Part shown: positions 39,380-49,700 of the stretch, piece by piece
Position numbering within the stretch: the stretch's first letter is position 1
Layout: each line of letters opens with the position of its first letter
Origin: Ignavibacteria bacterium
GTDB taxonomy: Bacteria > Bacteroidota > Ignavibacteria > Ch128b
Direction: 5' to 3'
DNA length: 64,000 bases
Assembly: GCA_016873845.1 (NCBI GenBank)
Contig: VGVX01000002.1
Location: 73,444 to 137,443, forward strand
The notes under the pieces: model-generated
Database searches by the model: none
What the model was told of the DNA's origin: nothing
Seen by the model: the letters and a program-made list of their open reading frames with translations, nothing else
Position numbers and translations under genes: made by a program

Positions 39380-40627
39380 TTGAAAAATAAATTATTAATA
39401 TTAGTTTTAATCATTCTTAGTGGTTTATTTCTGAATGAAGCAGCCGCTCAAGACGATACTTTGAAAATTTACCGCAAATGGAGTTTGTTTGCAGAGTATC
39501 ATAAAAATCTCGACTATCTCACGGCTATGCCTTACGGTTGGGAAATCATTCAGATGGATCCGAATAGGTTTAAAACAATATTTTTACGAATGGAAGATTG
39601 CATCATAAAGATGCATGATTCATCCGCCACGTCTGATGTCCAGAAGAAAGAATATGCTGACACACTGATGTATTTATATGATCTTGCGATTAGGATTCAA
39701 CCAGAGAACGTACCCTATTTTTATAAAAATAAAGGATATTATCTTGAAACTTGGTACTCAGATCAGGAACTTTCTGCATTAGCAGAATATGAAAAGGCAC
39801 TACAATCTGATCCAAATCTGGATTTTTATTATGTTGATAGAATTGGTTTATTGTACATGAAATATGCATCTGATGGAAATGATTTCAAGCTGAAGGCGCT
39901 TGAATTATATCAGAATGCGTCAGTTAAAGATCCGAATAATCCCATCCCGATTGAGAGATTAAAAAACCTTGCCGAAGATGTAACGCAATTGATAGAGATT
40001 ACTTATCAAGCCTGGCAGCTTGATAAAGAAAATCTTGCAAAAGCTTGGCAGTATGCTTCAATCACATTCCAATCAGGAGAATATGAAAAAGCGATCGAGC
40101 CTCTTGAATTTCTTTCGAAGAAAACTCCCGATTCCGAAACTTATTGGAACAGACTTGGCACTGCTTACCAAAAGCTAGAAAAATATAATTTGGCAATTGA
40201 GACGTATAAAAAAGCTTTTGAGCTCAATTCAAAAACAAAAGAGTATCCATTGAACATAGGTATTTGTTACAAAGAACTTGGACAACTTTCAACAGCTAGG
40301 ACTTTCTTCTACAAAGCTGCGGAAGTTGGCAATGGCTGGGGCTTGCCCTACATCTATGAAGCGACTTTATATCAAACCGCTGTACAGAAATGCGGTAGTT
40401 TTGAATTCATGGATAAGATTGTCTTAAAACTTGCTCAAGAAATTTATATGAAAGCTAGGTCAGTCGATCCAAACGTAACTGCAATGGCAAATGAAGCAAT
40501 TTCAAATCTTAATTCATCGGTGCCTACAAAAGAAGAATATTTTTTCAGGAAATATCGCTCAGGTCAAACAATTAAAATCGAGGGCAATTGTTATAATTGG
40601 ATTGGCAGAAGTGTCACTGTCCCATAG
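39380..40627 (+). CDS. Secreted TPR-repeat protein
   Basis: Signal peptide and TPR units (WNRLGTAYQKLEKYNLAIETYKKAFELN...). Confidence 0.6.
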   Translation: MKNKLLILVLIILSGLFLNEAAAQDDTLKIYRKWSLFAEYHKNLDYLTAMPYGWEIIQMDPNRFKTIFLRMEDCIIKMHDSSATSDVQKKEYADTLMYLYDLAIRIQPENVPYFYKNKGYYLETWYSDQELSALAEYEKALQSDPNLDFYYVDRIGLLYMKYASDGNDFKLKALELYQNASVKDPNNPIPIERLKNLAEDVTQLIEITYQAWQLDKENLAKAWQYASITFQSGEYEKAIEPLEFLSKKTPDSETYWNRLGTAYQKLEKYNLAIETYKKAFELNSKTKEYPLNIGICYKELGQLSTARTFFYKAAEVGNGWGLPYIYEATLYQTAVQKCGSFEFMDKIVLKLAQEIYMKARSVDPNVTAMANEAISNLNSSVPTKEEYFFRKYRSGQTIKIEGNCYNWIGRSVTVP

Positions 40628-40630
40628 AGT

Positions 40631-41086
40631 ATGAATTTGAAGATTGCAATCGGCTCAGACCACGCTGGTTTTAAACTAAAGGAAAGAGTAAAATCTTTCC
40701 TTTTTAGTTTATCGCATGAGGTAATCGATTGTGGAAGCTTTTCAGAAGATTCATGTGATTATCCGGATTATGGAGAAAGCGTCGCACTTGCAATTAAAGA
40801 AGAGCAGGCTAAATTTGGAATTATTATCTGTGGAACGGGAATAGGAATTTCGATAACTGCCAATAAAATTCCAGGAATTCGAGCTGCACTATGCACTTCA
40901 ATACAAATGGCAGAACTCGCACGTAAGCATAATGATGCAAACATTCTTGCACTCGGCGCTCGTATCATTGATGAAAACACTGCGAATAAAATTGTTAATA
41001 CATTTTTGATCACAGATTTTGAAGGAGAGAGGCATTCAGGTCGAATTAATAAAATCAAAGTAATAGAAGAGAAATATAGATGTTAG
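40631..41086 (+). CDS. rpiB: Ribose-5-phosphate isomerase B
   Basis: [24 protein letters not shown] motifs. Confidence 0.9.
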   Translation: MNLKIAIGSDHAGFKLKERVKSFLFSLSHEVIDCGSFSEDSCDYPDYGESVALAIKEEQAKFGIIICGTGIGISITANKIPGIRAALCTSIQMAELARKHNDANILALGARIIDENTANKIVNTFLITDFEGERHSGRINKIKVIEEKYRC

Positions 41087-42387
41087 ATTTATCTCGTGAT
41101 CCGCAAGCAAAAGAGATTCTGAAACTTGAAATACTCAGACAAGCAGAAGGACTGGAACTAATAGCTTCTGAAAATTATGTCAGTGAAAATGTTCTGCGGG
41201 CACTTGGTTCTGTGCTTACAAATAAATACGCTGAAGGATATCCTGCAAAAAGATATTATGGCGGCTGTGAGTACGTTGACATGGCAGAAAATCTTGCTCG
41301 TGAAAGAGTGAAGACACTTTTTAATTGTGATTATGTTAATGTTCAACCTCATTCTGGATCGCAAGCGAATATGGCGGTCTATTTTTCTATCCTTTCGCCA
41401 GGGGATAAAATGATGGGATTAAACCTTGCACATGGCGGACATTTGACTCATGGCTCACCAGTAAATTTTTCAGGTAAAATGTTTGAGGTGATTGCCTATA
41501 GTGTTAGAAAAGATAGTCACTTAGTAGATTTGGATGAAGTCTCGGCATTGGCAAAAATGAATCGTCCGAAAGCGATTGTGATCGGTGCAAGTGCCTACTC
41601 ACGGGATTGGGACTATAAATCTTTCAGACAAATTGCAGATTCAATTGGTGCATATCTTATTGCAGATATTGCACATACAGCCGGATTGATTGCATCAAAA
41701 TTATTATCTGATCCGATGGAATCTTGTCATTTTGTGACTACCACTACACATAAAACCCTTCGTGGACCTCGTGGAGGAATGATCATGATTGGAAAAGATT
41801 TTGAGAATCGTGAAGGTATAAAAGCACCAAAAAGTGGGCGGTTAAGAATGATGTCGGAGATTGTTGATTCTAACGTAATGCCTGGAATTCAAGGCGGGCC
41901 GCTGATGCATGTTATTTTAGCGAAAGCAGTTGCATTTGGGGAGAATTTGACCGATGAATTCACACAATATTCGAATCAAGTGATCTCGAATTCTAAAACC
42001 TTAGCCCAAAAATTTATCGATGGCGGTTATACAGTGGTATCCAATGGTACAGATAATCATCTTATGTTATTGGACTTAAGGAATAAAAGTATTACAGGTA
42101 AACAAGCCGAGGAAGCTCTTGGACTTGCAGGGATTACAGTTAATAAAAACATGGTACCCTATGACACACAGAGTCCATTTGTAACAAGTGGGATTCGAAT
42201 TGGGTCACCGGCAATCACCACTCGTGGAATGAGAAATTCGGAAATGGAACTGATTTATGAATTTATTGATAAAGCACTTTCAAATGTTAATAATGTAAAT
42301 GTTTTAAATCAAATAAGTGAAGATGTGAGAAAATTGTGCTCCCAATTTCCAATTTATACTGATATTCTCTCTAACTTGAATTCGTGA
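41080..42387 (+). CDS. glyA: Serine hydroxymethyltransferase
   Basis: [28 protein letters not shown]-lysine motif. Confidence 0.97.
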   Translation: MLDLSRDPQAKEILKLEILRQAEGLELIASENYVSENVLRALGSVLTNKYAEGYPAKRYYGGCEYVDMAENLARERVKTLFNCDYVNVQPHSGSQANMAVYFSILSPGDKMMGLNLAHGGHLTHGSPVNFSGKMFEVIAYSVRKDSHLVDLDEVSALAKMNRPKAIVIGASAYSRDWDYKSFRQIADSIGAYLIADIAHTAGLIASKLLSDPMESCHFVTTTTHKTLRGPRGGMIMIGKDFENREGIKAPKSGRLRMMSEIVDSNVMPGIQGGPLMHVILAKAVAFGENLTDEFTQYSNQVISNSKTLAQKFIDGGYTVVSNGTDNHLMLLDLRNKSITGKQAEEALGLAGITVNKNMVPYDTQSPFVTSGIRIGSPAITTRGMRNSEMELIYEFIDKALSNVNNVNVLNQISEDVRKLCSQFPIYTDILSNLNS

Positions 42388-43139
42388 TCATGGAAGAGAA
42401 CAATTCAGAACAATCTTTTGATTTTAGAGAGATGACTTTTCTCGAACATCTAGAGGAATTGCGATGGACTTTAATTCGCGCTGCAATTGGAATTGTTTTA
42501 GGGGCAATCCTTTGTTGGGTGTTTATTGATTTAATTATCGACGAGATATTACTTAGGCCTGCAAGAATTAACAACTTGAAACTTCAGAACTTAAGACCAT
42601 TTGGTCAACTTTTTTTATATATCCAAGTTGCACTAATAGGAGGTTTTATTATCAGTCTTCCGAATGTAGTATATCAGATTTGGAAATTCATTGAACCCGC
42701 CTTAAGACGAAATGAAAAAAAATATGTCTCGTTGATTGTAATATTCACTAGCGTCTGTTTTCTAAGCGGAGTTGCTTTTGCGTACTTCTTAATGCTCCCA
42801 TACGCATTAAACTTTGCGGGTGCTTTTGGATCGATGAATATTACGAATTTCTTTTCAATTGAGGAATATTTTTCAATAATTGTAAGCGTAATGCTATTAG
42901 CTGGAATTGTGTTTGAACTTCCAATGCTCTCATTCTTTCTAACAAAACTTGGAATACTTACCCCAAAGTTTATGCGCCACTACCGCAGACATTCAATTGT
43001 TATAATTTTTGTTCTAGCAGCCCTTTTAACTCCTACAACTGATCCAGTCAGCCAGATGATATTAGCTGTACCGTTGCTATTTCTTTATGAATTAAGTATT
43101 TATATTTCAAAAGTTTCGCAGAGTAAGTCGATTGATTGA
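42384..43139 (+). CDS. tatC: Twin-arginine translocase subunit TatC
   Basis: [16 protein letters not shown] and six TM helices in the TatC pattern. Confidence 0.9.
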   Translation: MIMEENNSEQSFDFREMTFLEHLEELRWTLIRAAIGIVLGAILCWVFIDLIIDEILLRPARINNLKLQNLRPFGQLFLYIQVALIGGFIISLPNVVYQIWKFIEPALRRNEKKYVSLIVIFTSVCFLSGVAFAYFLMLPYALNFAGAFGSMNITNFFSIEEYFSIIVSVMLLAGIVFELPMLSFFLTKLGILTPKFMRHYRRHSIVIIFVLAALLTPTTDPVSQMILAVPLLFLYELSIYISKVSQSKSID

Positions 43140-44112
43140 TAAGAATATAAAAAATTTCACTTACCCGATTAAAGAAGAGTTAGAGATTTTTGAGAAACGA
43201 TTTAGCGTCTCGATGAAATCGCGTGTTGGGCTCGTCGATCTTATCACAAAATACATTCTCAGGCAGAAAGGGAAAAAAATAAGACCTGCCTTAGTTTTAC
43301 TTTCGGCAAAAACTGTAGGTGAAATTAATGAAAGCACTTATCGTGCTGCAATTCTAGTTGAATTGCTTCATACTGCAACATTAATTCATGATGATGTTGT
43401 AGATAGTGCAGAAACTCGCAGAGGATTGCCATCGATTAATTCTATATGGAAAAACAAAATTGCTGTCTTGATGGGTGATTATCTTTTATCACGCGGATTG
43501 CTGCTCTCGGTAGATAACAATGATTTTGAGTTTCTTAAAGTCATCACGGATACAGTAAAAAGAATGAGTGAGGGGGAGCTACTTCAGATTCAGAAAACCC
43601 GTAAACTGAATAATGATAAGGAGACTTACTTTAAAATAATTTCCGACAAAACGGCATCTCTTATTTCCACATGTACCCAAGTTGGAGCATTAAGTGTTAC
43701 AAGAGATTCAAAAATGATAGAGGATTTTAAAAATTTTGGTGAAAATCTTGGGATTGCATTTCAAATAAAAGACGACATACTGGATTATGACGGTTCAACG
43801 AGTATTATCGGTAAACCTGTCGGAGCTGATCTCAAAGAAAAAAAGTTAACTTTGCCTCTAATCCACGCATTTCAAAAAGCAACCTCATCAGAAATAAGAC
43901 AGATAAAAAAACTTTTGAAGAATGACCTTAAATCGAAGGATATTAAAGAGATAGTGAGTTTTGTTAAAAAGTATGATGGGATAGAATATTCAATAGCGAA
44001 AGCAAAAGAGTATGCATCGCATGCGTTAATAAACTTAGAGCCCTATCCAGAATCTGAAAGTAAAAATGCTCTCAAAGATTTGGTTACCTTTATTCTTGAG
44101 CGGAAAAACTAA
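43132..44112 (+). CDS. ispB: Polyprenyl diphosphate synthase (octa/solanesyl-PP synthase type)
   Basis: First aspartate-rich motif LIHDDVVDSAETRRG and second FQIKDDILDY. Confidence 0.85.
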   Translation: MIDKNIKNFTYPIKEELEIFEKRFSVSMKSRVGLVDLITKYILRQKGKKIRPALVLLSAKTVGEINESTYRAAILVELLHTATLIHDDVVDSAETRRGLPSINSIWKNKIAVLMGDYLLSRGLLLSVDNNDFEFLKVITDTVKRMSEGELLQIQKTRKLNNDKETYFKIISDKTASLISTCTQVGALSVTRDSKMIEDFKNFGENLGIAFQIKDDILDYDGSTSIIGKPVGADLKEKKLTLPLIHAFQKATSSEIRQIKKLLKNDLKSKDIKEIVSFVKKYDGIEYSIAKAKEYASHALINLEPYPESESKNALKDLVTFILERKN

Positions 44113-44576
44113 GGCAAAATAAACTTCGTATTGGAATCTCTGATTGTAAGAACTGGGATTGGTGATTTTCTTACAACTTTTTCTGCAGTGCTACCAAATA
44201 GAATATGTTCAATACCACTATGTCCATGTGTAGACATGATGACTAAATCGCACTTATTTTCTTTTGCACAATTAATGATCTCAAGAAATGGTTTCCCGGT
44301 CCGTACACAGTGAGTACCTTTAATATTTTTAGGCAAGTGGGTATCGATTAATTTTTTCAGTTCCTCTTCAGCTTTAGAGTGAATCTCCAGATCCATCCGG
44401 TTAATTGGAACTTGCCCTAATCCAAAATCGCTTGGATAAATAACAGGTTCAATTACGTAGACAAAAATTATTTCAGCACTGAATTTTTCTGCATACGCAA
44501 CAGCATATTTGATTGCATTTTTCGAATTCTCAGAGAAATCGATTGGGACTAATATTTTGTCAACTTTCGGTTCCAT
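44109..44576 (-). CDS. uspA: Universal stress protein (UspA family)
   Basis: ILVPIDFSENS...GHSGIEHILFGSTAEKVVRKSPIPVLTI. Confidence 0.8.
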   Translation of the reverse strand: MEPKVDKILVPIDFSENSKNAIKYAVAYAEKFSAEIIFVYVIEPVIYPSDFGLGQVPINRMDLEIHSKAEEELKKLIDTHLPKNIKGTHCVRTGKPFLEIINCAKENKCDLVIMSTHGHSGIEHILFGSTAEKVVRKSPIPVLTIRDSNTKFILP

Positions 44577-44586
44577 GACTTCCTCA

Positions 44587-45138
44587 CTATTGAGTTTGTT
44601 TTTCTTCGCTTAATATTTCAAGTACGCCGAGATAATCGCTGTTCAAATTCCTAAGTTTTTCTACAAATATTTTTGAAAATCCATTCAAAATTTTATATCC
44701 AACTGAATGATCTTTTTCAATTAGGTCGCTCAGATCTGGTCTGAAAATCACGAGCACTTTTACATTTTCAATTGCGGTTGCCGTGGCGGTTCGTTTCCCC
44801 TCAAGGATGACATTCATTTCACCAAAAAAATCACCTGGATAAAGTGTAGCAAGATTTTGTTTACTACCGTTTTTAAATTCACAAGTAATATCAACCTTAC
44901 CAGAATCGATAATGAACATCGAGAATCCCGGATCTCCTTGAAAGAAAATAACTTCATTTTTTAAAAATTCGCGGACCTGAACAAGTTTTTGGATATCTTT
45001 GACTTCACGGTTTTTCAAGTTGGCGAAGCCAGGAAAGCCTTTTAACAGTTGAAAAATTTTTTGCTGGTTTCCAGAAGCTTTAAAGATATTATGCCAAAGA
45101 CTACTCTTAACCGCTAGTATGTTTTTTTCTGCTGCCAT
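44587..45138 (-). CDS. Cyclic-nucleotide-binding domain protein
   Basis: cNMP-binding signature GDFFGEM...RTATATA. Confidence 0.75.
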   Translation of the reverse strand: MAAEKNILAVKSSLWHNIFKASGNQQKIFQLLKGFPGFANLKNREVKDIQKLVQVREFLKNEVIFFQGDPGFSMFIIDSGKVDITCEFKNGSKQNLATLYPGDFFGEMNVILEGKRTATATAIENVKVLVIFRPDLSDLIEKDHSVGYKILNGFSKIFVEKLRNLNSDYLGVLEILSEEKQTQ

Positions 45139-45149
45139 ACGATCTTAAA

Positions 45150-45920
45150 TTAAATTATTGTTCCAAATTCTGCAACTCTCCACAGCCGCTGGCAGGCGAA
45201 TTTATTTTCATAAAGAGCTCTGCCAATTATCACAGAATCAACTCCAATTTCTTGTAACTTTTGCAGTTTAGTTAAATCTTCATATCCAGATACTCCGCCT
45301 GAAGCAGTAATTTTCAATCCGGAAGTTTTTGCGATTTGAGTAAGCAAGTCGAGATTCGGACCAAGCATCAAACCATTTCTTTCCACATCTGTGACAACTA
45401 AGCGCGTAATTCCGAGAACTTTTAAGTTCAATGATAAGCTGATTGGTGACAATGCAGATTGTTCCTTCCTCCCGCCAATAAGAACTCTATTATTTAAAAC
45501 GTCTAGTGAGACTAAAACTTTTTGTGAACCAAATTGAGATACAGATTTTTGAATGAGGTCAGGATCATTAACTGCAGCACTTCCTAAAACCACTCGATAA
45601 ACTCCCATATCAAATGCGTCTCGAATGCGCTCATAAGTCCTCAATCCTCCACCAAATTGAATCGGAATCACAACTGATTTTATTAAATTTTCGATGATCT
45701 TTAAATTCTTTTTTGAACCATGCCAAGCCCCATCAAAATCAACAACATGCAAACATTTTGCATTTTCGGCTCTCCAAATAATTGCCATTTCAACTGGATC
45801 GTTTGGATAATTTGCCTCTGCTAATTTTGGAATTCCTTGAACCACTCGGACGCAATTTCCATCTTTGATATCAATTGAAGGAATTACTAATAAAGTCGGT
45901 TGTCTATATGAAGTTGGCAT
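45150..45920 (-). CDS. hisA: ProFAR isomerase HisA (1-(5-phosphoribosyl)-5-[(5-phosphoribosylamino)methylideneamino]imidazole-4-carboxamide isomerase)
   Basis: IPSIDIKDGNCVRVVQG, LHVVDFDGA, GGGLR, GVDSVIIGRALYE. HisA rather than HisF. Confidence 0.75.
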   Translation of the reverse strand: MPTSYRQPTLLVIPSIDIKDGNCVRVVQGIPKLAEANYPNDPVEMAIIWRAENAKCLHVVDFDGAWHGSKKNLKIIENLIKSVVIPIQFGGGLRTYERIRDAFDMGVYRVVLGSAAVNDPDLIQKSVSQFGSQKVLVSLDVLNNRVLIGGRKEQSALSPISLSLNLKVLGITRLVVTDVERNGLMLGPNLDLLTQIAKTSGLKITASGGVSGYEDLTKLQKLQEIGVDSVIIGRALYENKFACQRLWRVAEFGTII

Positions 45921-45981
45921 GTATCTCTTATCTGATTCAAAATCAATATATTAAAAAGCGTAAAATTAAAAAACTAACAAA

Positions 45982-48180
45982 TTGCAATTACATAAAGTCT
46001 TAAGTAATTTTTACATAATTAAATTCAACAATTGCATGAAATTCAGGATCCCGAAAGAAAAATTTTTTCCCTTTTCCATTTCAATATTAATTGCTGCAGT
46101 TTCTATTATCTTACTTCAATTGCCGCTCTCAAATGTTTTGGGATTTGAATATTCGGTATTCATCTCAGTTATTCTCTCCTTCATCAGTGGAATAAGCATA
46201 ACACTATTTTTAAAATGGGAATTAAAGATTTCTGAAATATCAAGATATCTATTTATATTTATTCTTATTCCACTCATTCTCGGATACTTGAATTCATTTG
46301 TCACAAAAAACTGTTCCTTGCTCGATGGATTTGTATTTTACTTTGTATTTGTGTGTGTGTCACTGACTTTTGGAACTGCTCTTGGGATCTTGACTTTTGT
46401 AATCAGCAAAAAGTATTCGCAATCTATTTTTATTTTGATTTGGGCTGCAATTTTTTTGTGGAGTATAATGGTTTATTATTTTAGTCCTCAGCTGTATCTA
46501 TTTAATCCGATTTATGGATTTTTTCCCGGATTTGTTTATGATGAAGAAATAAATTTGTCGTCAACTATTTTATTTTATCAGTTTTGCGTTTTTATAATTT
46601 CGATACTAATTATTTCTGCCAGCCTATTGAAACTTAACGGAAGAGTAAAACTTCAGCGGAATTTATTCTTCTTCTCGGCTATTATGATTGTTGGTTTCAT
46701 ATATTTTTCGGATAATTTAGGTTTTAGTACATCACTAAAAAAATTGGAAGAAAAGTTTGTTAAACAAGAAATTGATCAAAGGTTTGAATTCTTCTTTGAA
46801 AATGATTCGGTATCAAAGATAGAAATAGAAATAATTAGACTTACTACTGAATTCCACTTCAACTATTTGACCGATTTTTTTAAGACCGAACCGAAGGAGA
46901 AAATTAAAATATTTTTCTTTGAAAATGATGAATCAAAGAAAAAGCTTTTAGGGACAGCATCAGCTGATTTTACCAAACCCTGGCAGTATACAATATTTTT
47001 AACAAGAAAAAATTTTCTTGATGTGATTGGGCACGAACTTGCTCACAATTTTTGCGGTGAGTATTCAAAGAATATTTTCCACGTTGCAGATGGATTTAAT
47101 TTGGGACTGGTCGAAGGAGCGGCAATGGCTGCAGAGTGGGAATGGAATAATAAGACTCCGCATTCTTACGCAGCAAATATTTTCAAATTCATTGGCGAAT
47201 TAAATCCATCGGCAATGTTAAGAGGATTCACATTTGCATTTAAACCGTCAAGCATGAGCTATATTATTAGCGGTTCATTCGTTCGGTTTCTGATTGATGA
47301 ATATGGGATAGATAAATTTTCGCAACTCTATGCTTCTGGAGAATACGAAAACGTCTATGGTTTAACACTCGATGAGCTTTCAAATCAGTATTCAAAATTC
47401 ATCAAAGCGTATGAAGTGAATTCTTCCGATAGTCTATCAGCTCTTTACTATTTCAAGCGTCAGTCATTATTTGAAAAAGAATGTTTGCGCAATATCGCTA
47501 AGAATACCAAAATGGCTTATACTTTTTTGAAAGAAAAAAAGTTTTCGAAAGCAGAGGATTTGTTTTCGGAGCTTTGGGAAAAAGTGAAAAATCCCTATAT
47601 CTCTTATGGATTACTTTATTCTAAATTATATCAAAGCAAATTTAATGAGTGCATCGATTTTTATGAGAAGGAAAACTTAAGATCAGATTTCAATCCGAGT
47701 TATGTTTCTTCCTATACCATAATAGCTTATGCTTATGCATTAGAGGGAGAATTAGAACATGCAATACGGCTTCTGAATTTTTCACTGAAACTCAATTTAA
47801 ATCCGAGTTTTAATAATTCAATTCTCTTTAGATTAAAAATAATCAGATCAAAGAATATGTTAGAAACTTATTTATTCTCAGATGAAGAAGAAAAAGTCGC
47901 GAAAATTTTTCTTACAGAATTTAAAGATGATATAATTGCAATGGATCAATTCCACAATTATCTTGTACTTGATGTTAAAAAAAAATATTTATCAAAGTAT
48001 TCAAAAAATTTCTATGTATTTGAGAATGAATTTTATAAAGCAATCAAAGCCTACGATTTTGAGTTGGCGAATTTAATTCTTAACACGTTAGAAAAAAGTG
48101 AGTTAACAGTCATAGAGGATACCAGACTATTACTGATGAAATACATTTATTATAGATTGTACCAATACGAGACTCATTGA
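45982..48180 (+). CDS. Polytopic membrane protein with HExxH zinc-metalloprotease motif and a helical/TPR-like C-terminal region (hypothetical)
   Basis: Eight or more N-terminal TM helices, GHELAHNF (HExxH) about 350 aa in, and an alpha-helical repeat tail. Confidence 0.5.
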   Translation: MQLHKVLSNFYIIKFNNCMKFRIPKEKFFPFSISILIAAVSIILLQLPLSNVLGFEYSVFISVILSFISGISITLFLKWELKISEISRYLFIFILIPLILGYLNSFVTKNCSLLDGFVFYFVFVCVSLTFGTALGILTFVISKKYSQSIFILIWAAIFLWSIMVYYFSPQLYLFNPIYGFFPGFVYDEEINLSSTILFYQFCVFIISILIISASLLKLNGRVKLQRNLFFFSAIMIVGFIYFSDNLGFSTSLKKLEEKFVKQEIDQRFEFFFENDSVSKIEIEIIRLTTEFHFNYLTDFFKTEPKEKIKIFFFENDESKKKLLGTASADFTKPWQYTIFLTRKNFLDVIGHELAHNFCGEYSKNIFHVADGFNLGLVEGAAMAAEWEWNNKTPHSYAANIFKFIGELNPSAMLRGFTFAFKPSSMSYIISGSFVRFLIDEYGIDKFSQLYASGEYENVYGLTLDELSNQYSKFIKAYEVNSSDSLSALYYFKRQSLFEKECLRNIAKNTKMAYTFLKEKKFSKAEDLFSELWEKVKNPYISYGLLYSKLYQSKFNECIDFYEKENLRSDFNPSYVSSYTIIAYAYALEGELEHAIRLLNFSLKLNLNPSFNNSILFRLKIIRSKNMLETYLFSDEEEKVAKIFLTEFKDDIIAMDQFHNYLVLDVKKKYLSKYSKNFYVFENEFYKAIKAYDFELANLILNTLEKSELTVIEDTRLLLMKYIYYRLYQYETH

Positions 48181-48219
48181 TACCTTAATCTTCTCAATAA
48201 TTATCCTTAATATTGAATA

Positions 48220-49662
48220 ATGAATATCAATTTTTACAAATCATCAGATGCGTCAATCGATAATTTATTACAGATGATTGGAAAATTTGCTGACGAACAG
48301 AATTTTTCAGTCTATGTTGTCGGTGGATATATTCGTGATCGAATCCTCTGTCGAGAAAAAAGGGAAGTGGATTTTTTAGTCATTGGTGATGGCGTTAGAT
48401 TTGCTGAATTGTTGAGCTCACATCTTCAAACGAGAGAAATTACTGTCTACAGAAATTTTGGTACAGCTCTTATTTATTATCTTGATTATAAATTAGAATT
48501 TGTTGGAGCAAGGAAAGAATCATATTTTTCCAACTCTCGTAAACCCTCTGTACAAAATGGATCATTTGAAGATGATATTCGAAGGAGAGACTTTACAGTC
48601 AACTCGATTGCATTTTCAGTTAATCAAAATGATTTTGGTGAAATTGTCGACACCTTTAATGGTTTGGCAGATATCGATAAAAAAATTATAAGAACACCTT
48701 TGGATCCGGAAGTTACCTTCTCTGACGACCCATTGAGAATTATGCGTGCTTTCAGATTCTCATCTCAGCTGAATTTTACAGTCGAAGATTCATTGCTCAA
48801 TGCAGCTTCCAAAATGAGTGAGAGGTTGAAAATCGTTTCTCCCGAAAGGATTGTAGAAGAGTTTTTAAAAATTATGCAATCTGTAAAACCCTCGACAGGA
48901 TTAGCACTAATGTATAAAACTGGAGTAATGAAAACTCTCTACCCCGAAATCGCTGCCATGGCTGGAGTGGACCAAAAGAAAGATTTTCATCACAAAGATG
49001 TTTTTTGGCATACTCTTCAGGTTGTTGATAATGTTGCTGAAGTTACGAATGATGAGTGGCTTCGTATCGCTGCATTATTTCATGATATTGCAAAGCCCAT
49101 CACAAAGAAATATGATGAGCAAAGCGGTTGGTCGTTTCATGGTCATGAGGAAATTGGTGCAAGACTAATAAAAAAAATCTTCAAGAAATATAAATTTCCT
49201 CTTCACAAAGTTGATTACATAGAAAAACTCACAAAACTCCATTTGCGGCCAATCTCTCTTGTTGATGAAGAGGTTACCGATTCAGCAATCCGCAGGCTAA
49301 TAGTAGCAGCAGGGGACGATCTTGAAGATTTGATTTTAATGTGCAGAGCAGATATCACCTCTAAGAATCCAGATAAAGTGAAGGAATACACCTCAAACTA
49401 CGATCTTGTCGTACAAAAAATACACAGTGTGAATGAGAGAGACAAACTAAGAGCTTTTCAATCACCAGTCCGTGGCGAAGAAATCATGGAGATGTTCCAA
49501 CTTCCACCGTGTAAAGGTGTCGGTATAATCAAGACTGAAGTTGAAGAGGCAATTTTGGATGGTGAAATCGAAAATACATATGAAGGTGCAAAAGAGTATT
49601 TAAACCAAAATTTTTTAAGATTGTCAAAATCGGTTGCAGAATTTCGCAACATTAATACATAA
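48220..49662 (+). CDS. cca: CCA-adding tRNA nucleotidyltransferase with HD domain
   Basis: VVGGYIRDRIL...DFLV polymerase-beta head and HD motif (HDIAKP). Confidence 0.8.
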   Translation: MNINFYKSSDASIDNLLQMIGKFADEQNFSVYVVGGYIRDRILCREKREVDFLVIGDGVRFAELLSSHLQTREITVYRNFGTALIYYLDYKLEFVGARKESYFSNSRKPSVQNGSFEDDIRRRDFTVNSIAFSVNQNDFGEIVDTFNGLADIDKKIIRTPLDPEVTFSDDPLRIMRAFRFSSQLNFTVEDSLLNAASKMSERLKIVSPERIVEEFLKIMQSVKPSTGLALMYKTGVMKTLYPEIAAMAGVDQKKDFHHKDVFWHTLQVVDNVAEVTNDEWLRIAALFHDIAKPITKKYDEQSGWSFHGHEEIGARLIKKIFKKYKFPLHKVDYIEKLTKLHLRPISLVDEEVTDSAIRRLIVAAGDDLEDLILMCRADITSKNPDKVKEYTSNYDLVVQKIHSVNERDKLRAFQSPVRGEEIMEMFQLPPCKGVGIIKTEVEEAILDGEIENTYEGAKEYLNQNFLRLSKSVAEFRNINT

Positions 49663-49700
49663 GTTTCGTTATAAACCAATAAATTTTTGTGGAGTACAGA

